A DNA stretch of 64,000 bases. Source: Chitinophaga pinensis (GTDB lineage: Bacteria; Bacteroidota; Bacteroidia; UKL13-3). The position numbers and the translations under genes were made by a program. Location: the NCBI GenBank assembly GCA_945870425.1, contig CAMBSD010000017.1:8884-72883 (forward strand). The letters run 5' to 3'. How positions within the stretch are numbered: the stretch's first letter is position 1; the number at the start of each line of letters is the position of its first letter. This document shows positions 1 to 9,200 of the stretch, piece by piece. The notes beneath the pieces were generated by a model. The model ran no database searches. It was not told the DNA's origin and saw only the letters and a list, made by a program, of their open reading frames with translations.

Positions 1-897
1 ATCAGCACCCACCTGTCCAATATACACTTTATTACCTGTGGCCAATCCTCCACCTGAATTAAGGAATGACGAATTTGCAAAAACCACAATCATCGAATCA
101 ATATCAGATGGTGTTTGTGGTGGAAAATTCTTATGGTACTTATAATAGAAAAGCGTACTCCTATTATTTGCACCTTCTGTAACAAAGGTTACCCATAAGT
201 CACAGGTTTGATTTATTAGCAGAGTTCTTGTACAGGCGTTATCATCCAACAATTGAGGATTACGAACTGCTACTGATTGAGCAGATGGCAATAAAGTATT
301 TATATTAGTTAGCATTTGGGTGCTCACTATATCATTAGGTACAAGAACATTGTTTGGCACACCCAATGAATTCCATCCACCTAGGCGATAAGAAAGTTTA
401 TTCACTGTTTTGCCTAAGGCAGAGGTATAACCATGATTTGAAGTTGCAGTTTTAACCTTCAATGGATTTTTGCCTCCTAGTTGCGCATATATCTTGGGAC
501 TATTGATATCTAAAATAATATCTGTTGGTATACCAATATAACTAGTGTTTAGTGTTACCTGCTTTAAACAGGTAGCCAATGAAATATTAGTTTTAAACAA
601 ACCATTTTCATCCGTAGCACCTATGGCAACAACTTCGCCTCCGTTTTCTTTACTACCTGTGCTCAAAGTAACTTTAGTAAATTTAACAGGATCGTTGTTT
701 GTACCTAAAATGCTAATTTCAAAGTTAGTTTCCTGGGTAGTTTTGTATTGAAATCCAGTAGGAACTTTAATTTCGGTAACATTGGATACATCGGCTAATG
801 GATTAATTACATTACCATCGGTTCCTGATAAACTTAATTCCTTGCGGCAAGATGCAAGCAATGATAAAGCAATGGCAATTGTTATTATTTTTTTCAT
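1..897 (-). CDS. LruC/DUF4842-type lipoprotein, 5' part (runs off window edge)
   Basis: Not in ORF track (no stop in window). Manual translation from ATG at 897: MKKIITIAIALSLLASCRKE (lipobox LASC)...VPTGFQYKTT...GGWNSLGVP...DLWVTFVTEGANNRSTLFYY...VFANSSFLNSGGGLATGNKVYIG; open to base 1. Confidence 0.75.
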   Translation of the reverse strand, partial: MKKIITIAIALSLLASCRKELSLSGTDGNVINPLADVSNVTEIKVPTGFQYKTTQETNFEISILGTNNDPVKFTKVTLSTGSKENGGEVVAIGATDENGLFKTNISLATCLKQVTLNTSYIGIPTDIILDINSPKIYAQLGGKNPLKVKTATSNHGYTSALGKTVNKLSYRLGGWNSLGVPNNVLVPNDIVSTQMLTNINTLLPSAQSVAVRNPQLLDDNACTRTLLINQTCDLWVTFVTEGANNRSTLFYYKYHKNFPPQTPSDIDSMIVVFANSSFLNSGGGLATGNKVYIGQVGAD

Positions 898-1100
898 GAT
901 CTTAATGATAGCTAAGACCATTTACCCTAAATCCATACCAAGCGAACAAACATCTAATTATCAGAAAATTAACATAAACCCAAAAAGAAATTAAATCCCA
1001 AATATGGTCATTTTTCCCATTTGGAATCAAAAATAGTATGGTAGTTCAAACTGCGTCAAATCAATTGTAAATCTCGTATTAACATTAAATTAAAATTAAA

Positions 1101-1130
1101 AAGGCTCTAGCTGTTTCCAACTAAAGCCTT
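1101..1130 (-). terminator. Rho-independent terminator after msrA
   Basis: AAGGCTCTAGCTG-tttc-CAACTAAAGCCTT stem (two G-U pairs on minus strand) followed by a U run on the minus strand. Confidence 0.65.
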
Positions 1131-1153
1131 ATAAATAAATAGAGTAAATAATA

Positions 1154-1837
1154 TTAATGACTGCCCTTTAATTTTAATTTGTCTTTAAAAACCTTCTCAA
1201 GTTTCTCAACTTTAGGGGCAATCACAAATTGACAATACGATTGTTCGCTATTTTGGTTATAATAATTCTGATGATAATCTTCAGCAGAGTAATAATTATT
1301 TATTGCTGTTATCTCAGTAACAATTGGATTACTAAATGCGCCACTTGCATTTAACTCAGACTTATACTTTTCTGCTAATTGCATTTGAATATCGTTATAA
1401 TAAAATATGGCCGAACGATATTGTGTTCCAACATCATTACCCTGACGATTTAATGTAGTTGGATCATGGGTTTGCCAAAAAATAGATAACAAAGTTTCAT
1501 AAGAAACCATTTTAGGATCAAAGGTAATTCTGCATACCTCAGCATGACCAGTAGTTCCAGTGCATACATCTTTATAGGTAGGGCTCACCATATGTCCACC
1601 AGCATAACCACTTTCAACCTTAACCACACCATCTAAGAGCTGAAACATGGCTTCTACGCACCAAAAACAGCCAGCACCGAAAAGAGCTGTATCTAATTCA
1701 TTGTTATTTACTTCGTTTGTCATATTATTCGTTGTTTGGGTTATTTTTTTTTGACTATTTCTTTGACCACAGGCCGTTACAAATGTCAACAATAATATGG
1801 ACAGATGTAAAAGGTAAATTGTTTTACTATTTCTCAT
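1154..1837 (-). CDS. msrA: Peptide-methionine (S)-S-oxide reductase with N-terminal lipoprotein-like signal
   Basis: GAGCFWCVE active site, GHAEV, HDPT..NRQGNDVGTQYRS, AEDYHQNYY; N-terminus LLTFVTACGQ. Confidence 0.95.
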   Translation of the reverse strand: MRNSKTIYLLHLSILLLTFVTACGQRNSQKKITQTTNNMTNEVNNNELDTALFGAGCFWCVEAMFQLLDGVVKVESGYAGGHMVSPTYKDVCTGTTGHAEVCRITFDPKMVSYETLLSIFWQTHDPTTLNRQGNDVGTQYRSAIFYYNDIQMQLAEKYKSELNASGAFSNPIVTEITAINNYYSAEDYHQNYYNQNSEQSYCQFVIAPKVEKLEKVFKDKLKLKGSH

Positions 1838-1844
1838 ATTTATA

Positions 1845-1872
1845 TAAACGCAAAAAAAGAGGTATTGGTTTT
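1845..1872 (-). promoter_or_regulatory. Putative ECF-sigma promoter for msrA
   Basis: Minus strand AAAACC-N16-CGTTTA just upstream of the ATG, matching the AAC(-35)/CGT(-10) ECF pattern. Confidence 0.35.
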
Positions 1873-2090
1873 TAAATCAGCAGCAAAAAATAAACTCTAC
1901 AATAACGACTTTAAAAAGATTAACATTTTGCCAAAAACATAAATTAAGTTGCCGAAGAAACTTCCAAACACTATTTGAGTCAATTAAGGCAAAACAAATA
2001 TAAAGCGGCAAATTATAAATTAAAATAGTATTATGAAACAGATCAAGGAGAAATCTTTGGCCTTATTCATTTTAGCGTAAACTCAATATT

Positions 2091-3215
2091 TTAAAACTTT
2101 TTCCCATGAGTCAAAGAAATAATTTGCTTTAACAATGAAGGAGTATAATTTAATAATTTTAAGCTCCACAAAGTGGTTAATCTTTTACCAAATAAGCGTT
2201 GAAGATAAAAAGCAATTTTTATTCTATTTGAAAAATTTTGATTCCATTCGTTCGTATAATTTTTGATTAATTCGTCTTTAGAAATTTTATTTTCAAAAAA
2301 CAAATGAACATGATTGGCCAATATTTTGGAGGCACGCAAGGCAATGCTCATCCCATTTCCGCAGAGCGGTGCAATGGCACCAGCAGCATCACCTAGCATA
2401 ATAATACCATGATTAAAAGCTTGTTTTTTCTCAAAACTAATTTGACTAATTACAACTGGTTTTTCAAACAAAAAAGATGATTCAGTAAAGTATTTTTTCA
2501 AATGTGGATTTTCATAAAGAATATTTTGCTCCATAAGCTTAATATCATTTTGATTTAATCTCAAGTTTTTAGCAGTTGTTAAATAACAAAGGCAATACGT
2601 ATCGTTATCAACCTTTGAAACGCCACAATAGCCATCCTTAAAATTATGCAATTCAATAATATTAAAAGGTAAATCTGTTTTGATATGATATTTTACCCCT
2701 ATGTACTTTCCTTTTTCGGTTGCCTTTTTTTGCGCTATAAACGGTGGGTTTATTTTCCCAAAACTGCCACAAACCAATTTTGATTGAAAAGTGTTTGAAT
2801 TGGATGTTATTTGATAGATTTCATCATGTAGCTTTACATCCAGAACCTTGGTATTATCAAAAATAGTAACACCCACCTCTTTCGCCTTTTTGCACAATAA
2901 ATCATCTAGTGAAAATCGGCTAATACCAAATCCGCCCAAATCTAATGGTGATTTTATTACATAACCATTTGGCGCAGAAACATGAATGGTATCGATAATT
3001 GGCAAGGATAGTTTTTCCAAAGACAAACCTAAACTGTTTAAAAAATCCCAACTTTCTAATGAAATATACTCACCACAAACTTTATGAAATGGGTACTTAT
3101 TTTTTTCAAACAAAATAACTTGGTGCCCTTTTTGTGCCAATTGAATCGACAAACTTAGACCTGCCAATCCACCACCAATAATAGCACAATCATATAGAAA
3201 AGATTGATTATCCAT
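2091..3215 (-). CDS. NAD(P)/FAD-dependent oxidoreductase (flavin monooxygenase/geranylgeranyl reductase-like)
   Basis: IIGGGLAG, FEK..YPFHKVCGEY, GDAAGAIAPLCGNGMS; start placed at ATG 3215, overlapping the upstream stop by 8 bp. Confidence 0.85.
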   Translation of the reverse strand: MDNQSFLYDCAIIGGGLAGLSLSIQLAQKGHQVILFEKNKYPFHKVCGEYISLESWDFLNSLGLSLEKLSLPIIDTIHVSAPNGYVIKSPLDLGGFGISRFSLDDLLCKKAKEVGVTIFDNTKVLDVKLHDEIYQITSNSNTFQSKLVCGSFGKINPPFIAQKKATEKGKYIGVKYHIKTDLPFNIIELHNFKDGYCGVSKVDNDTYCLCYLTTAKNLRLNQNDIKLMEQNILYENPHLKKYFTESSFLFEKPVVISQISFEKKQAFNHGIIMLGDAAGAIAPLCGNGMSIALRASKILANHVHLFFENKISKDELIKNYTNEWNQNFSNRIKIAFYLQRLFGKRLTTLWSLKLLNYTPSLLKQIISLTHGKKF

Positions 3216-3894
3216 AAACAACTACTTCGTGTCTAAATGCCCATTTGTTTTTAACCGTATATTCTTTTGCTCCAGCTTGCTGAATCATATCAAGCCATTC
3301 ATTGTTTTTAAAGCCTCTCAGGACAGAAAGAGGCGCATCGTTTTTTACCAAATATGATTTTGAAAAAAGCATTGTTAAAAATTTGATGGAGTAATAAGCA
3401 AATCTATTTCGCTCCAAATCGTTAATGATTAAAATGGCTTTGTGTTTGATGGTAAACTGCAAGAGTTCAATAATCTGATTGGTAGTAAGGTGATGACAAA
3501 ATAAACTTGCATGAATAATATTTACTTCGTTCACATGTAAATGGATATTTCGGTAATCATCACAAATAAAATTCAAAGATTCATTGGGTTCGTTATGATT
3601 GGAATAATCAACACATGTTTTTTTTAAATCTATCCCATATAACTTGATTTCTTTATTGTTTTTTTTCGACCAATTAAAGATTGTTTTTAAAGTATCTCCT
3701 CCACCACTTCCGATATCTACCAATGTGAGTGGTTGATTATTAAACTCGATTTTCTTTAGTGCGTTTAGTGAAATTTGATAGCCACCCAATAAAGAATTGA
3801 TGACATGTAATTCTTTTAAATTCTGGAATAAATCAGTCTCAGGAATTTGCTCCGCATCTAATAATTCTTTTTTGGTACTTCTATTTTTAAACAT
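3208..3894 (-). CDS. SAM-dependent methyltransferase of the type III PKS operon
   Basis: RSTKKELLD N-terminus, VDIGSGGGD SAM motif, SLFCHH, INDLER, DAPLSV; ATG at 3894 overlaps the PKS stop. Confidence 0.85.
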   Translation of the reverse strand: MFKNRSTKKELLDAEQIPETDLFQNLKELHVINSLLGGYQISLNALKKIEFNNQPLTLVDIGSGGGDTLKTIFNWSKKNNKEIKLYGIDLKKTCVDYSNHNEPNESLNFICDDYRNIHLHVNEVNIIHASLFCHHLTTNQIIELLQFTIKHKAILIINDLERNRFAYYSIKFLTMLFSKSYLVKNDAPLSVLRGFKNNEWLDMIQQAGAKEYTVKNKWAFRHEVVVYG

Positions 3895-4975
3895 AAGCCA
3901 ATTGCATGGTTTCAATTGTTAAACCTGGACCAAAAGCGGCAGTGAATATAGTATTTCCGCTCGTTTTCTTTTCATTATTCCCAATCAATTCTTTCAACAC
4001 AAATAATATGGTGGGTGAAGACATGTTACCATAATTCTTTAAAACATTATAAGCAGAGGCCAATTCATTATTTTCCAAATCAAACACTTTCACAAAATCA
4101 TCCAGAATTTTTTTACCCCCAGGATGAATGGCCCAAAAGTTTATCTTATCTTTTTGAATGTTTAAATCACTCAACATTTTTGAAATATTCCCATTGATCA
4201 AATTGGAAATATAAGCCGATAAACTCATCAAAAAACCATTTTCAGAAAGTTGCCAAGCCATATCGTTTTGACCTTCGTGAATGATTAACGAATTAAATGA
4301 AGTAATTGCCAAGTCATTATATTCAGGCAAATTTTGAGGTTTGGAACTCACAATGGCTGCTGCGCATCCATCGCTGAAAAGCGAATTAGAAAGCAAATAA
4401 TCATCTGTAAAACTGTTTTGAATATGAATGGTACATAACTCTGTACAAACAATTAAAACCTTAGCGTTTGGGAGGCTATTGCAAATAGAATTGGCTTGAT
4501 TCAGTGCAATTATAGCAGCATTGCAACCCATAAAATTAATACTACTTCGTTGGGTTTTCGGATTTAAATTTAGTGCTTGAATCAACTCAATATCCAAGCC
4601 GGGAGCAAAAAGTCCGGTGCAAGTAACAGTAATGATATGTGTGATGCTACTTTTAATGGATTCAAAATTTGCTATCTTTCGAATAGCAGAAAGAGAAAGT
4701 TGCAAGGCATTTGTTTTATAAATCTCCATGCGCTTGGTTAATGAAACAGGCGGAGATAAATCCCAATTCTTTTCAAAAAAAGTAAAATCAGATGGCTGTT
4801 TGCCAAAATCAGCTAAAACAGAATAACGTGTTTGAATGCCTGATTTAGCAGCTACCATGTTCATTTTGCGTTTTATGGTAACATCCTCTGCAGTATTTTG
4901 AAAAAAAGCAGCCAATTCGTTTTGATGATATTGGTAAGCAGGAACTGCAATTTCAATGGCTGTTAAATAACTCAA
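3887..4975 (-). CDS. Type III polyketide synthase
   Basis: Catalytic triad motifs FMGCNAA (Cys), WAIHPGG (His), YGNMSSPT (Asn); AFGPGLTIE. Start likely TTG at 4975 overlapping the UbiA TGA (TTGA). Confidence 0.92.
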   Translation of the reverse strand: MSYLTAIEIAVPAYQYHQNELAAFFQNTAEDVTIKRKMNMVAAKSGIQTRYSVLADFGKQPSDFTFFEKNWDLSPPVSLTKRMEIYKTNALQLSLSAIRKIANFESIKSSITHIITVTCTGLFAPGLDIELIQALNLNPKTQRSSINFMGCNAAIIALNQANSICNSLPNAKVLIVCTELCTIHIQNSFTDDYLLSNSLFSDGCAAAIVSSKPQNLPEYNDLAITSFNSLIIHEGQNDMAWQLSENGFLMSLSAYISNLINGNISKMLSDLNIQKDKINFWAIHPGGKKILDDFVKVFDLENNELASAYNVLKNYGNMSSPTILFVLKELIGNNEKKTSGNTIFTAAFGPGLTIETMQLAYV

Positions 4976-5850
4976 AATAAATGCTTGGTTAAGAATAAAA
5001 TAATAAAACAAATGTTCATGCAAAAGGCAGCTATTAAATTCATACGCATGGTATTTTTAAAATTAGCCGCTTTTTCATTTTTAATGGTTCTTACAAACCA
5101 CCATGCAAAGTACCCAACAATTGGTAAGAATAAAAGTTGTATCAAAAAAAAATTATTTGTATTACCTATTTGTTCAAAATATAAATAATAAAACACATTA
5201 CAGATTCCAAACATGAGTGCAGTAAAAACAAAGGTTCCTCTGTATCCTAATTGATAGCTTAATGTTTTTACACCATCCCCTAAATCTGCTTCATGCTGAT
5301 AAATTTGTGTTAATGGATAAGCACCTGCTATTTGAAAACTACAAGCTAAAAGCAATGAAATATTAGCACTTGAAAACGCGAACGAATCATTTGTAATTCC
5401 TATAACGCTCATGATATAGGTAAAGCCTCCTTGAAAAATAACCACTGTTAAAAATCCAATGATGGGATATTTTTTTAATCTAACTTGTTTGGAACTATAA
5501 GCCCTTGAAGCCAAAATATAAACAAGTATGCACAATGAAAAAAGTCTATTTACTAAGGAAAAAGCCAATATTATAGCCAATACATCTAGAACTAAAGTAA
5601 GGTAAAACAAATGAATAGTGGGTGCAGGAGGCTTTTCTATTCCACCAATACTGCCTTCATCTCTGTCAATATAACTATTATAGCCATTGCTTGCAGGGTA
5701 AACCAATAGATGAATAATGATAAAACTAAATAGCGAAGTGTAAATATTAACTGTAGACTGACTCAATGCCAAAATAAATAAAGGCATTAACAGCAGTGAA
5801 AATGGAATACGAAGTAACTGAAGCGTATTTCTAAAAACAGTATTTTTCAT
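4972..5850 (-). CDS. UbiA family prenyltransferase
   Basis: LLRIPFS, NGYNSYIDRDEGS and QHEADLGDG acidic motifs, multiple TM segments; start at ATG 5850. Confidence 0.88.
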   Translation of the reverse strand: MKNTVFRNTLQLLRIPFSLLLMPLFILALSQSTVNIYTSLFSFIIIHLLVYPASNGYNSYIDRDEGSIGGIEKPPAPTIHLFYLTLVLDVLAIILAFSLVNRLFSLCILVYILASRAYSSKQVRLKKYPIIGFLTVVIFQGGFTYIMSVIGITNDSFAFSSANISLLLACSFQIAGAYPLTQIYQHEADLGDGVKTLSYQLGYRGTFVFTALMFGICNVFYYLYFEQIGNTNNFFLIQLLFLPIVGYFAWWFVRTIKNEKAANFKNTMRMNLIAAFCMNICFIILFLTKHLF

Positions 5851-5932
5851 TTTGAAATGTTTGTATACAAACTTAAGCACTTATATCACAATATGGCATT
5901 CATTCTTTGCTATCGCTTAATAACAATAATCC

Positions 5933-5961
5933 GCACTCGCTAGCGTCCCGCTGGTGAGTGT
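5933..5961. repeat. GC-rich REP-like palindrome
   Basis: CACTCGCTAGCG-tcc-CGCTGGTGAGTG hairpin in an AT-rich divergent intergenic region, no U tail. Confidence 0.45.
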
Positions 5962-6164
5962 ATTGATATGCCTCTGGCTGATTTTACAATATTACAAAGT
6001 TAAAAACTTTGCTTATCTATCCTCGCAATTGACACTGCGCTTAACACTTGTGAGAGCTTAGTCAATAAACAATTTTTCATAACAAATAAACTTAAATTTA
6101 GTATGAAGTTCTCAACCAAAACAACTCAGTTTTGGCCATCCATCACATTTTCAAACCCAATCGC

Positions 6165-6192
6165 TGTAACTTTTTTATATTGCTTATCGTAT
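6165..6192 (+). promoter_or_regulatory. Putative ECF-sigma promoter
   Basis: TGTAAC-N17-CGTAT about 20 bp upstream of ATG 6213. Confidence 0.4.
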
Positions 6193-6212
6193 TAGTCTGA
6201 AATCTGCTCATT

Positions 6213-9200
6213 ATGATAAAAAAAATACTCCTCCTTTCTGTTCTATCCTTATTATTGCTAAGTATTGCCACAGCGCAAGAAAATGGCACTCCTAAAGCCG
6301 AAAAGATTCTGCATCAAACCATCATACATGGCGATACACTGCGAGATAATTATTTTTGGCTAAGGGATAAAAACAGCCCAGAGGTTATCAACTACCTATA
6401 TGCCAACAATGCTTACGCAGATAACAAAATGAAGGCGAGCAGCACCCTTCAAAAGGTATTGTTTGACGAATACAGAAGTCGGGTGAAAGAAACCTTTGAC
6501 AGCAAACCACAGAAAAATGAAGGCTATTACTACTATACCCGAAATGTAGCAGATAAAGATTATCCTGCCTTATACCGCAAAAAAGACAGTTTAAGTGCCA
6601 AAGAACAGGTGGTGCTTGACTTGAACGAACTATCAAAAGAATATTTCTATTTCTCCTTACAGTTTTTAAACTATAGCCCCGACCAATCCATCATAGCCTA
6701 TGGTGTTGACACCAAAGGAAGTTTGGTATCCACCATGTATTTTAAAATATTGGATATTGATTCTACCCTGAAGAATGAAAAAATTGATAGCGTATTAAGT
6801 GTAAGTTGGGCTAACGACAATAAAACCATTTATTATACAAAAGCCGAAGCCAAAACCAAACGTAGCTATAGGCTTTACAAACACACGCTTGGCAGCAACC
6901 CATTGGAAGATGAGTTGCTATATGAAGAGCCTGATAAAACATACGAAATAGGACTTAAACGCTCTTCATCAAAAAAATTCATTATCATGGAAGCAAGCAA
7001 AAGCCAAAGCAGCGAAGCTTGGTATTGGAGCGCAGATGATGTGCGTGCAAAACCCCTTTTGTTTAAGAAAAGAGAAGCCGCTTTGCTATACGATATCAAT
7101 CACTATGAAGGAGATGAGTTTTATATACAAACCAATTACAATGCCCTTAACCAACAATTGATGAAAGCCCCAATTAATGCCAAGTCTTGCAAAGAATGGC
7201 AAGTGGTAATTCCACACCGAAGTGGGGTTTTGTTTTCTGGTTATAGTTTATTGAAGAACTACCTTATTTGGAGCGAGCAACAAAATGTAGAACAAAGAAT
7301 TTTGATTAAACAAAGAAAAACCAATCAAATTGACACTCTAAAATCTAAAATAACATTAGGTAGCATGTCTTTCAGTATTGAAGATTATGATTACGAAAAA
7401 ACCAATGAAATAAGGTACAGCGCAGAAACCATGGTTACACCATCTGAAGAGTATAACTATGATTTAAACACAAAAAAGCAAACTTTTTATAATATGGATA
7501 GTATCAATGGGAAGTATAACCCAAGCTTGTATGCTAGCGAAAGGGTTTGGGCCAAAGCCAAAGATGGTGTGATGATACCCATTACCTTGGCTTATAAAAA
7601 AGGAATGCTTAAAAATGGCAACAATCCATTACTTCTTAGTGGCTATGGTAGCTATGGAGTTAGCTCTATGCCCGATTTCAACCAACTCAATATTAGCTTA
7701 CTTGACAGGGGTTTTATAGTGGCCACTGCGCACATCAGAGGTGGTAGAGAAATGGGTCAGGAATGGTATGACGATGGACGCATGTTGTATAAGAAAAATA
7801 CCTTCACCGATTTTATTACTTGTGCTGAACATTTGATAGCAGAAAAATATACTAGCACAGCTAAACTAGCAGTAGAAGGTGGTTCTGCTGGAGGTTTGTT
7901 GATGGGGGCTGTTACCAATATGCGAACTGATTTATTCAAATGTGTGATAGCCAGTGTGCCCTTTGTGGATGTAATCAATACCATGTTAGATGAGAGTATT
8001 CCTTTGACTACAGGTGAGTTTGAAGAATGGGGAAATCCGAAAAATAAGAAATACTATGACTACATGAAATCCTATTCACCTTATGATAACGTGGAACCTA
8101 AGACATATCCTCACATGCTTATAACTGCAGGCTACAACGATGCCCAAGTGGGCTATTGGGAGCCTGCCAAATGGGTAGCTAAGTTAAGGGAATTGAAAAC
8201 CGATACTAATATGCTTTTATTCAAAACCGTGATGGAAGGCGGACATGGCGGCTCTTCTGGTAGGTACAATAAACTTATAGAACAAGCTTACCGCACAGCT
8301 TTTGTTATGCAATGTTTGGGAGTGAAAGAAAACTACATCAGCCTAAAAGGTAAAGTGGTAGATGAATATAATGAACCTGTTATTTATGCCAATGTGTATT
8401 TAGAGGAAAGTAAAATAGGTACAACAAGCAATCAAAATGGAGAGTTTGAATTAAAAGTAAAAGAGTTTAACAATGCTACTTTGGTGGTTCAATCATTGAC
8501 CTATGAAAAACAAAAAATCAAACTTGGACTAAGAACAAGAATACAAAACTTGGTCATTAAAATGAAATCTGAAAACATTCAGATGAAAACGGTAACGGTT
8601 GTTGCCAATGCAGTTGACCCAGCTTTGGGCATCATCAAGCAAGCCATCAAAAAGCGTAAAGAAAACTACGATAGAGTGAAATCATTCTCATCGGATGTGT
8701 ATATGAAATCGAATGTAAAACTATTGGAAGTACCCAAAAACATGCCTTTCTTTTTGAAGCTAGTTGCCAACGGTGAAGTGATTGATTCAAACGATTTAGG
8801 GCTTGTATATTTATCAGAATCTTCTGCAAAATATTACTTTGAAAAACCTGACAATAACAAAGAGGAAATGATGGCAAGCAAAGTAGCTGGACAGAAGCAA
8901 GGCTTTAGTTGGAACAGGGTAAAAGATGTATTCTTCAATTTGTATGAACCTACCATAGACCTAAGCTATTACAGCGAAAGGCCATTTGTATCCCCTATTG
9001 CACCTTTGGCATCTCTTAGTTATAAATATAAATTCAAAGGCAGTTTTTATATAGATAACAAGGAGGTAAACAAAATAGAAATCATTCCCCTTCGCAAGGG
9101 TGACCCATTGTTTCAAGGTTATATTTACATTACATCAAACGATTACCAAATATATGGTGCGGATTTACGAGCCACAAAGGATGCACAAATACAATTTGTA

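Noticed and set aside
545-994. Two short plus-strand ORFs
   Set aside because: Antisense shadows of the minus-strand lipoprotein gene.
4976-5023. N-terminal extension of the PKS given by the ORF track (similarly 3895-3915, 51656-51694, 53906-53959)
   Set aside because: Downstream starts give family-typical N-termini and, in the PKS operon, stop/start coupling.
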